This document shows, one piece after another, positions 1 to 10,380 of a stretch of 64,000 nucleotides of DNA. The position numbers and the translations under genes were made by a program. Origin of the DNA: Felis catus (Eukaryota). Numbering within the stretch: the first letter of the stretch is position 1; each line of letters starts with the position of its first letter. The notes below the pieces were generated by a model. That model was given only the letters and a program-made list of their open reading frames with translations. It was not told the DNA's origin and searched no databases. The stretch spans positions 78,246,001 to 78,310,000 of the forward strand of contig NC_058368.1 in assembly GCF_018350175.1 (NCBI RefSeq). The letters run 5' to 3'.

Positions 1-99
1 GCCACTGGACATGACATTGAAATGAGGTACCCCAAATGTTTATCTAGGATTCTAACACATTCATCCTAACTCACGTTGCCAGCAGAGGCTCCACCTCCC

Positions 100-880
100 C
101 ACGCTTGACAAGATAAACAAGCCTAGCTAATAAAATATTTGGGGGCTATTGAATCAATGGCATGAGGAAACCAAAATGGCAGGTCCACGGTCTCAGTGGA
201 AACATTGTTATATCCTGTGATGAATCATCTCTCCCTTAAGCCCTAGACTTCTGACAGAGCAGAGTCTAAATTCATGGTGATGGATAACAAGTATTTTGCA
301 AATGGCCCTTAGGTGTAAGAGTGAGAGGTGCCATTGCTTCTTTTACCCTTGGTTTCTCAGTCCAATGTTCTGGCTCTGGAGGAGACGGCATTGTTTCTTC
401 ATTGATCTTTCAGTGCCTATACATAGGATATATGTATATGCACACAAGGTATTTTCTCTCAGTTGATGCTGTAAACCGAATTGTCATGAGCCAGCTGCAT
501 CTAATAACTGGGTATACAACATGAGTGAATGCCATGGCAAAGTGTATTACCTTCTGTATTTTGCCATTAAAAAAAGAGATACTTAATCAGAAGTAATGTA
601 CTGGGGAAAAATAATGTTGTATGGAATACTACAAAAGAGAATAAGACATTTAACAAGGTTATAGTGGTGGTCCTGGAATAACAGACATGGAAGTCAAATC
701 CATATTGAAGTAGGTATATGGGACCCACTATAATGAAAATGAGCCTGTGGAGTCAATCTGCCACTAAGTAGCCGGTGGCCCTCAAGGGAATCAAGCCTTA
801 TCAGGGACTTGGCGTCTGTCTCTGCTTTGGTAGAGTGGGTCCTGAGCAGCCTTGGCCTCGGTTCAGCTTTGTGGAATGTA
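100..880 (-). mobile_element. Degenerate ERV-L internal segment (integrase core to dUTPase), non-coding relic
   Basis: Minus-strand translation gives broken ERV-L pol motifs in the expected order: KQRQTPSP**GLIP and PPAT*WQID (~750-830), HGIH and DAAG (~490-535), NQG..MAPLTLTP (~305-355), dUTPase CHFGFLMPLIQ (149-181). Many stops and frameshifts. Confidence 0.8.
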
Positions 881-1150
881 AGTCTGTATTATTGAGGACT
901 ATGCTCAAATTTATAAAATTAGGAGGTCTTTCTACCCTTGGTTATCTTGTATTTATTTCTAATAAAATGCATTGGGTTCAGAGAATGTATAGTACCAGTT
1001 ACTTTATTTGGTATTTGTTTGTTAATACCTGCTTTATGAGTCAGACACAATTTTTATAAATGCTTTATAGTACACTTAAGAAAAGTTTATTTTAAGTATA
1101 TGTGTGTGTATATATAAACCAGGTTATATATACATGTTGTTTTTAACTTT

Positions 1151-2346
1151 AATTTTTAAATTTAAATTCAAGTTCGTTAACACACAGCGTAGTCTTGGCT
1201 TCAAGAGTAGAACCCGGTGATTCATCTCTCACAGATGGCAACCAGTGCTCATCCCAGCAAGTGCCCTCCTTAATGCCCGCCACCCATTTATCCCATCCCT
1301 CCCACCCACCTCCCACTAGAAACCCTCAGTTTGTTCTCTGTATTTAAGAGTTTCTCCCTCTCTGTTTTTATCTTATTTTTCCTTCCTTTCCCCCATGTTC
1401 ATCTGTTGCATGAGTGAAATCATATGATATTTGTCTTTCTCTGACTACTTATTTCATTTAGCGTAATACATTCTAGTCACATCCACATTGTTGCAAATGG
1501 CAAGGTTTCATTCTTTTTGATCGCCAAGTAGTATTGCATTGTATATATATTTTTATATGAAATTTATTGTCAAATTGGTTTCCCTGCAACACCCAGTGCT
1601 CATCCCAATAGGTGCCCTCCTCAATGCCCATCACCCACTTTCCCCTCCCCCCCCCCCAGTCAACCCTCAGTTTGTTCTCAGTATTTAAGAGTCTCTTATG
1701 GTTTGTCTCCTTCCCTATCTGTAACTTTCCCCCCCCCTTCCCCTCCCCACTGGTCTTCTGTTGAGTTTCTCAGGATCCACATATGAGTGAAAACATGTCT
1801 GTCTTTCTCTGCCTGACTTCTTTCACTTAGCATAACACTCTCCACTTCCATCCACGTTGCTACAAAAGGTCATATTTCCTTCTTTCTCATTGCCACATAG
1901 TATTCCATTGTGTATATAAACCACAATTTCTGTATCCATTCGTCAGTTGATGGACATTTAGGCTCTTTCCATAATTTGGCTATTGTTGAAAGTACTGCTA
2001 TAAACATTGGGGTACAAGTGCCCCTATGCATCAGCACTCATGTATCCCTTGGGTAAATTCCCAGAAATCAGTACATTCTTATACACTAATAATGAAGTAG
2101 CAGAAAGACAAATAAAGAAACTGATCCCATTCACAATTACACCAAGAATCATAAAACACCTAGGAATAAACCTAACCAAGAAGTATTCCATCGTATATTA
2201 TACCACCTCTTGTTTATCCATTCATCAGTCAGTGGACGTTTGGGCTCTTTCCATAATTTGGCTCTTGTCAATAGTGCTGCCATAAACATGGGGGTGCATG
2301 TGCCCCTTCGAATCGGCATTGTTGTATCCTTTGCACAAATACCTAG
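1151..2346 (-). mobile_element. Carnivore L1 3' end (older), 5'-truncated, interrupted by a younger L1
   Basis: L1 3'UTR/ORF2-end sequence at 1151-1546 resumes at 2199-2346. Flanking TSD tgtttttaacttt (1138-1150) vs tgtttgtaacttt (2347-2359). Confidence 0.85.
1547..2181 (-). mobile_element. Felid L1 (L1_Fc-like), 5'-truncated with inverted ORF2 piece at 2062-2181
   Basis: 3' end tatgaaatttattgtcaaattggtttcc on the minus strand. Plus-strand ORF2 peptide FLYTNNEVAERQIKKLIPFTITPRIIKHLGINLTK. TSD agtattgcattgtatat (1530-1546) vs agtattccatcgtatat (2182-2198). Confidence 0.9.
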
Positions 2347-2466
2347 TGTTTGTAACTTTCAAAAAAGTAAATATAAGAAATCCAACCCATGTTACCAAAA
2401 ATAACCTTTTTACACTTTAACCCGGGACTTGCCCACGGAAGTTATATGAGTCCCGGAATGCTCTTT

Positions 2467-2689
2467 TTTTTTTTTTAATAATTATTCAACGTTTATTTAT
2501 TTTTGGGACAGAGAGAGACAGAGCATGAACGGGGGAGGGGCAGAGAGAGAGGGAGACACAGAATCGGAAACAGGCTCCAGGCTCCGAGCCATCAGCCCAG
2601 AGCCCGACGCGGGGCTCGAACTCACGGACCGCGAGATCCTGACCTGGCTGAAGTCGGACGCTTAACCGACTGCGCCACCCAGGCGCCCC
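2467..2689 (-). mobile_element. Young CAN-SINE (SINEC_Fc)
   Basis: Near-consensus with CpGs intact. Perfect TSD ccggaatgctcttt (2453-2466, 2690-2703). Confidence 0.97.
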
Positions 2690-3994
2690 CCGGAATGCTC
2701 TTTAAGACATGCTTCTCCGGGGCCATGGGTATCAGGCACTTAGGAGTGCCTAGACTCCGGAGTCTTTGTAGCTGCCCACATTGCTTCTGTTTCCTTCTTT
2801 CTCTACCTCATCCTCCCCAGAGTCTGAAAGTAAAAACTTTCCCAAGGCAAGGGCTCCCCTGCTCCCTAAAAAGCATCAGGGAGACGGGGGGAGAGAGGGG
2901 TCCACGCGACACCAGGCATGAGGAGCTTCGGCCACAACAAAGAACGGACATAAGGTGCTGGCTTTTGCGGGACGGCAACATAGCTGTGCTCCCCTGGGTC
3001 TGCTGGGAGGAAGAAAGGGAACGTGTGGGCATACCATTTACAGAACGAGAGGGGCGGGGGGTTCATTCCTTTTGGGCTCTGCCTTGTCTCTGCTTGGAGG
3101 CGCTCTGACAGAGAGGCTACGTTCCAGCTCTGCCAAGGAGTCTGCACAATTTAACAACTTGCCTCACACCCTGGCCAGGAACCAAGTCACTGAATTTTGT
3201 GACACTTCACCCAGACTGCACGCAAAATAAGCCCTCGGGCTTCTGCTGACCCGCCTTCTTCCAGAAAGAAGTCCCCTGTCTGATGGAGAGGACAGCGTGG
3301 CCCACCCCCGTCACCTCCCAGGGCCCTGGGTCTGACGGAGGCCGACCTTTCCAAGGTTTAGCCGAACGTTTCACGGCGACTTTCTCGCCCTCACCCTAGC
3401 ACCAGGCTTTCCTGACAGGGCTCTGGATCGGGTATTTGCTCAGAAGCCATTTGTTAATTTTAGCCTGGTTTGGCATCTGGAGAGCTGGGAGCCTTCCAAG
3501 CCAGCAAGTCACGATTTGGTTGCGTTGCAAGCCCTTTCCTTTACGTAGTCCCGTCCTCTTGCATTTTATGAGGAGCAACCAGGTAATACGCTAGCAACAC
3601 CTGGGGGGAGGTCTTCTCTGCTGGATCATGCGGTAAACCGGGTGCCTTTCCTGCCTTCCCCAATGCCCGCGGATGACAGTGTTGCCCCTTGTGTGTCTGC
3701 GATCACAAGCCCACACCTTGCCATTTCGGATCAGCGCCCCATTCGTGGCGGTAGGTGGGGGGGGGGCCTCCGAAACCTCACAGATTTCCAGTACCACCTC
3801 TCAACTGGTACTCCAGCCTTAATTAATACTGCCATTTTCGGCTAAAGGCAATACAGGAAGAGGAAATGGGGGTGGGGGCGGCAGCCCAGGTAGATTGGTG
3901 GTAAATGGAGAAAAAGCAATAATTAAAAACCCCTCTGCTTGGCATAATGTTTACTAGGGCCAATGCAGGATCCAGAATAAATACGCGATTTTAA

Positions 3995-4219
3995 ATTAAA
4001 AAAACATTTTTTTTAATGTTCATTTATTTTTGAGACAGAGAGAGAGACAGAGCATGAATGGGGGAGGGTCAAAGAGAGAAGGAGACACAGAATCCGAAGC
4101 AGGTTCCAGGCTCTGAGCTGTCAGCACAGAGCCGGACGCGGGGCTCAAACCCACAGACCGTGAGATCACGACCTGAGCCAAGGTCAGATGCTCAACTGAC
4201 TGAGCCACCCAGGCACCCC
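3995..4219 (-). mobile_element. CAN-SINE (felid)
   Basis: tRNA-derived head, (CT)n and A-tail. TSD taaatacgcgattttaa vs taaatacacaattttaa. Confidence 0.95.
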
Positions 4220-5536
4220 TAAATACACAATTTTAATCATTAAGATCCTATTTCACATTTCAGTTCCAGATCTGGCTTTACGTAACTGCATGACTTTGAG
4301 AGTATCAGTTAATCTCTTGGGGTCCCCAGTTTTCTTCTGAGACGTGAGGATCTATAAACCCCCTTTGGTTCTCCAAATCCTGAGCTTCTGTTGCTTTTGA
4401 CATTCTTGTGCAAACAATGAGCTCCTCACCCTCCGTGTCCGAGGGTGGTCATCAGGCAGGAAGTGGCCTGGACAAGGCGTTCCATCCTTGGGTACGCCCC
4501 CAGCCCCCTGTCTGCATGTCACAACTGTGCCCTCTGTGCCCCTATTCGAGGAGACATGACCTGTTCCAGCTGTCACTGTTTTTGCCCCGTGTGCTCAGCT
4601 CTTCCCTCAGTACAGTTGTTCGAATCGAGACGTATAGACTTTGTCCTCTGTCACCAGAGTCTCATCTGCCTCCTTACTCTCCTCTGCTAATTGATAACAG
4701 ATTGCTTAGTATTAAGCATGGCTTCTAGCACTCAGAAGACAAAGGGAGTTCTGTGTCATGCCTTGTGTCACGTAGCGTGCCGGGGTCTCCTATCACTGCA
4801 TGTTTCGTGAAGGAGTACGAAAAGAAAAGTGGAGGTCTTTAAGGCCATATGAGCAGAACTATGTTTATCTGTGCAGAGTAAGAAACATTGAAAGTGCTGT
4901 AAACCCATGAACACCATCCTGGAAAACCAAAACAAAAGGAAGTCCGTTGGGCAAATTGCGTGATCCCAGAGATGGAAAGAAGAACATAGCGATTTAAATA
5001 AGTTACCTTTTAAACAAAACTATTCAATAAGCATGTGAAGGAATGTCTCTGAACTCCTAAAAGCCCTTTGTAATTCTAATTCAGTTGGCATTTATGTCTA
5101 ATTTATGTACGCCCTTAGCTTTCTCCTGAAGTATCTTCTTTATCCAAATACATTTTAAGTTCCTGAAGGGCAGAAACCTAGTTTAGGTACTCAGTCTATA
5201 TATGTTCCTTCAATGATTATCAGTAATTACACTTTGTGAAGTACCTTGTGATAAGTAGTGCATAGAGCAAAATTAAATGTCCAGGTTTCCAATTTCAAGA
5301 AGCTTACAGCCAGTTGAGGGAAGGTGTTGTGTTAACAGACGGGGTTGGGAGTCACGTAAGATCCACGACTGAATGTGGCTCCTGGGCGAACTAATGGCTT
5401 CTTGCCCCATGGTTTCATCATCTACAGGAGAGAGTTAATGGTGCCTGCCTCAGGCTGGGAGGAGGCCCCTGGAACACCGTTGACAGCAAATACAAGAGCT
5501 CATCTTGTTTCTCCTGAAAACACAAGAATTGTCTGT

Positions 5537-5752
5537 TAAATGAGCATTTACATACCATACTCTGTGCCCATCAACATTATGAAAATTACGAATCTCAACT
5601 CACTGGATCCTCACAATCACCCTCTGAAGAGAGTGCTACGGCCACCCCATTTTACAGATGAGGACACTGAGGCTCAGAGATGTTCCTAACAAGCTGCGGA
5701 GCTGGGACCTACAGCTGGTCAACCTGGCTTCAGATTCCGTGTTCTTAACCAC
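5537..5752 (-). mobile_element. MIR SINE
   Basis: Core ccccattttacagatgaggacactgaggctcagaga. Confidence 0.85.
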
Positions 5753-6050
5753 TTGGTTGGCTTACCAAGCCAGGCATTTGAGAGAGGATGGTTTCTAGCC
5801 ATCTAGAGGATGGTTGTCTGACTTCCAATAGGTAAGTAAAAATTGAAAATTGATCTTTTCACTTTTAATTTCTGATGAGACCGAACATGGTTTACGTTTA
5901 CTTTTCATTGCACTTCTTTTGAAAATCTCAAATTCCCTTACCTGTTAACTTGATTCATCCGTTGTTGACCTGCTGTACATATTTATTCTCCCTTTATTAA
6001 AAGTAATAAATTTTGGTTTCCATAATTTGTAAATACGTATTTCCATTTGG

Positions 6051-6183
6051 TCATTCCACAAATACTTATCAAGAGTTTATTATGGGTGAAGCCTTGTGCT
6101 AAGCCCTTGAGACATAAGGAAGGAGAACCTCTTGCCCCTGAGGGATTCAAGTCTACCTAAAGGCACAGGCATTTAAACAAATA
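6051..6183 (-). mobile_element. L2 3' end fragment
   Basis: tcattccacaaatacttatcaagag...ccttgtgctaagccctt resembles the L2 3' terminus in antisense. Confidence 0.6.
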
Positions 6184-6199
6184 CACATGTTAAAGGGCT

Positions 6200-6402
6200 A
6201 TCATTTTGATTCTTTGAATCTTCTTTTCTTCATTTACCAGCTGTAAGACACTGGCCAAATATGTGACATCTATTTCCTTCGATTTCCTTGTTTATAAAAT
6301 CAAAGAAACACTGCTATCTACGTCATTGGATTATACAGAGAACTCATTGAGTAATTCATGTAAAGTGCCTAGCAAAAAGTAAGTTGTAATAAATGTTACT
6401 TA
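6200..6402 (+). mobile_element. MIR SINE
   Basis: catttaccagctgtaaga...tttccttgtttataaaat...catgtaaagtgcctagca...aataaatgtta. Confidence 0.7.
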
Positions 6403-6500
6403 CAGATCAAAAGGCAATGTTACCCCCGGTAAACATTGAACACAAACAAACAATAAAGGCTATAAATAAATATAGAAGTACAGAGTCAAGCAGATTTGTT

Positions 6501-6594
6501 TTTTTTAATATGAAATTTATTGTCAAATTTTCCATACAACACGCAGTGCTCCTGCCAACAGGTGCCCTCCTCAAGACCCATCTCAAGGCCCATG
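6501..6594 (-). mobile_element. Extremely 5'-truncated felid L1 (~94 bp)
   Basis: L1 3' terminus tatgaaatttattgtcaaatt...ggtgccctcctcaa. Perfect TSD aagcagatttgtt (6488-6500, 6595-6607). Confidence 0.9.
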
Positions 6595-7449
6595 AAGCAG
6601 ATTTGTTAATATGACTCACAGCAGAGGAAGTTTCAGGAAGGATGCTCCAGGAGTGTTGGGGCTTATGGGTTGAGTATGCTTTTACCCACCAGAAAGTCAC
6701 GTGAGACAAGGAATTCTTTATTGAGCAAGAAGGGCAAGAATGAAAAACCATAGTTTCAGTAAGTTACCTGGAACGTGGCCCACTTAAAAAGGAAGGAGGG
6801 ATGGAGCAGAACCACAAGCTGTATTGCGATAATAGGTTGAGGAATAGATATATACGTTTCATATTTATACTTATTCTATATTTGGATTTATTCTGCAAAC
6901 GGAAACATTAACTCTGAGAAATAGAGAGTTTTCCGTTGGCGAGTCTGTTAACGTGGTTTCAAAACTGGCACATTCTTTAATGACCTTTTATAGTGCTAAT
7001 TGTGTATTTTAAGAGGATGAGCACAGCAAAGGTAAACTTCTTAGAGATCAACACCTGAAGTCATGAAGCAGATTATTAAAATGTGTCACTAGCTGTGAGG
7101 ACAAGAAGACGGACAAAGAGGGTCAATGTCACCACATGGCAAAACTCACACCTGTTCCTAGGAGGCTGGAGAAAGAACACATAAACGCTTCAACAAATAC
7201 CTTCACGTTAAGGACATAAACTCTCCTAGGGTTTGGCTCACTTCATTATTCTTTTGATAGTGAAAGTAACACTATCATCTGAACCTCTCACGATATTGGG
7301 TGTTTGGATTTTGTTTCTAATTCCACTGTGCCCCCTTTTCAGAAAAGGCTCAGAAATAGAAGGCCACACAGCTACTGAGTGATGAAACTAGGAGGCTAGT
7401 TTTGATGTTTTTTCCACAACACAATGCTTGAGTGTGCACACATATGTGA

Positions 7450-7451
<2 letters not shown>

Positions 7452-7486
<35 letters not shown>
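7452..7486. repeat. (AC)n microsatellite
   Basis: Uninterrupted AC run. Confidence 0.98.
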
Positions 7487-7487
<1 letters not shown>

Positions 7488-7829
7488 CATGACTGAATAA
7501 GAATGGATTCATCAATACGAAAAGCAAAGCTTTGGGAGTTAGTAGCCTCACCGGGTAATACATTAGTAATGCCCTCAATTCTTATTCCAGAAAACGAGGC
7601 AGAGACTATACTAATTTCCATTCCCTACTTTTCCTCCTTTCCTCCCATCTTCAACTGTTTACTCTATAACCTGATTTTACTTTAGTCCACTTGTCACCCA
7701 TAACATTGCCCGCAGTAGAGTGAGAAACACTTGGGTTTTCTAAATTTCTTCAGGACATAACTCGGAAACAAGGAAATTTTAATGATGAATTAGAAGAATC
7801 ACAAGTTATAATGTACCTGCTTGGTCAAT

Positions 7830-7899
7830 AGATTTTATTGGCTTTACTGAAGTAGAATTGGCCTACAATAAAAAGGACTCATTTTAATGTTTATTTATT

Positions 7900-7943
<44 letters not shown>

Positions 7944-8400
7944 CCCAAGCAGGCTCCATGCTGTCAACACAGAGCGCGACATGGGGCTGAATCCCATGAA
8001 CCGTGAGATCATGACCTGAGCTGAGATCAAGAGCCAGAGGCTTAACTGACTGAACCACCTGGGGGCCCCCAAAATGATTAATCTTAAATGTACAATCTGA
8101 TGAAATTTCCAAATGTGTAGAGTCATGTAACTACAACCACATGACACTGGACTTTTCCATCACCTCCAGAGTCCCTTCATACCCCTTTCCCAGTCCCGGG
8201 AACCACTGTTTCTGCTTTCTGTCAATACAACTTTGCCTTTTCTAGAATAACAGATAAATGGAATCGTAGAGCGAGTAGTCTTTTGTGTGTGATACGTGTG
8301 AATTCCTGAGGGCTTGCTTAACATAACGGATAGCTTAGTTAATGCCACACGGAGGCAGTTCACCCAGAGCTCGCATCCCTTTTTTTGGGTACATATTCAA
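7830..8400 (-). mobile_element. Old L1 (L1MB-like) 3' end, split by a SINE
   Basis: aaatgtacaatctgatgaaattt...ttccatcacctccagagtccct...actttgccttttctagaataacagataaatggaatc. Confidence 0.7.
7882..8070 (-). mobile_element. CAN-SINE with expanded (GA)n
   Basis: Antisense SINE body: gagatcatgacctgagctgagatcaagag. Confidence 0.93.
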
Positions 8401-10172
8401 TGTTCTACGTGAGATGTAATCTGGATTCAAAAAGTAATTTGTCTACCGCCCTAGAAACTAGTGAAATGAAGGAAAGCTAATTGTGACCAGAGTTTACCGT
8501 TGGTTTTGGGAAAATCTCACTTAAGCCTTAAAAGATCATACAAACATTCATCGTACTTGTTAGTGCAAAGGGAGTGAAAGGTGGTTACGTGGGTAAATAA
8601 ACGAACTGTTCTGCTTTTGATGGAGAAGTCATCGGGAAATTATATTACGGAAATACCTCTAAAGCTGTCCCAATTCTCTTACATACTGAAGTGTTATCAG
8701 TTATTGTTTAAAATTTGTTTTCTTTGTTTTATGAAATGTTTAGTTTTATTCGCTGTTTGTGTTTCACTTGTGATTCTTATTCTTTATTCACAAATGAACC
8801 AACATCTATTTTACAACATACTGCCTTGGGCTGCAATCGTGACCATTAAGACAAGCTTTCTGTCAGAGGATGGAGAAACCAGATGGGGTCATCTGAGGAG
8901 AGAAACGAGAGAGAAACACGTTCAAATAAAGGGTGCACCTCTCTGGATGCCTAAGCCCATTCCTTTTACAACTCCTGTCACACCAAAGTCTCTCTATCCA
9001 CTAACCCCCACCACAAGACCTGAGTTTCTGAGCCCAAACTTGAGTTACCTTTCCCTCAGACCTGAGAAAAGGAGGCTGAGTTTCAATTTATGAATCCGAA
9101 TTGTAGACAATCAAGAATCCGTGAAGTAAACCCATTCCACTGTGGCTCCGACTTCAAGGTCTCTTTCTGCTCAAGACCTTGACTCTCTCTCCTTATGTTT
9201 CTTAATCTCTTACTTTATTTATGCACCATGCTAACCCCTGGGAAGTCAAAACAACTAGAAAACATCATTCCCACCCTAGCGGGCCTCACAGGAAAAGGAA
9301 AAGTAAGTTACTAATTCTAGGCTTACGTTGTAAGGACTATTACAGCTACAGGCATGTACTACTGACATTCCCTGGGTGGATTAAAGAATGATCCAGATGA
9401 GAGGTCACCTCTGAACTCTTAGAGAAGGGGCAGACCAAAGGCACACCTGTAGGAAAGCAGAAATAAGAAAGCTTACTGTGTGTTGAGGGAAACTCATGAG
9501 TAATTCTCTTCACCATCATGGTATTCCTAAAACATTAAGAAGTTAAATGTTAATTATCTTCCCAAGCTAAAAAATAAGAGATGGTTAAAAACAATTTAAT
9601 GCATGAATATGGACCAAAAAAAAAATCTTATCCTATTTAGTATTATTACTAATCCCTTAATTATCCCCAGGTAATGTTCTTGACGTTTCTCTGACCTCCA
9701 TTTCATGAAACCAGAAATGTACTGAATCAATCAGTACCTTTGGGAGGCAGCGAAATCAAGGCACTTCCTTCAGGAGGTTAGCTCTTGTCCTGCCGAGAGG
9801 CCTCCCTTTGGGCCCTTTCCTCCTCAGTATGCCCTCCAGCTTCATTTCCAGAGCTTTCTGGTCCTGCGCCCTGCAGTGTGCCACTGACATCATTTCCTCT
9901 GCTTTTACTCCCTAATGAGGTGGAGACTATGTGTGTTCTGTTCCAGCTACCCAATGTTAACCTCCTGCCGAAGGCAGGGCTCTGATTAAGGGCATTCATG
10001 ATTAGATTAAAATGTTCCTTCTCACTCTTTTCCTATCTTTTTTAACACATTATGCTATTAAAATACAGCTGCACTGTGCCCCCACTCCTTTGTAGCTCAG
10101 ACCAGAAGCTATGTTCACATGGGTCCCACATACTCTTCATGTTAAGGATAAATTCTTGTTTAAGATAATCCC

Positions 10173-10380
10173 GGGCCACCTGGGTGGCTCAGTTGGTTAA
10201 GTGTCAAACTTCAACTCAGGTCATGACCTCAGGTTCGCGGGTTCCAGCCCCGCATCGGGCTGTGTGCTGACAGCCCAGATCCTGAAGCCTGCTTCAGATT
10301 CTGTGTCTCCTGGCTCACGCTCTGTCTCTCTCTCTCTCTGTCTCGCAAAAATAAATAAAATGTTAAAAATACATTTTTTT
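10173..10380 (+). mobile_element. CAN-SINE
   Basis: gggccacctgggtggctcagttggttaag head and aaaaataaataaa tail. Confidence 0.93.

Noticed and set aside
2503..3108. Longest ORF (201 aa)
   Set aside because: Starts at TTG inside an antisense SINE. The same peptide (GRGRERGRHRIGNRLQA) recurs in other SINE ORFs, and the rest has no protein-like features.
8581..9093. 170-aa ORF with a hydrophobic stretch
   Set aside because: GTG start. Hydrophobicity is explained by T-rich DNA, with no recognisable domain or exon structure.
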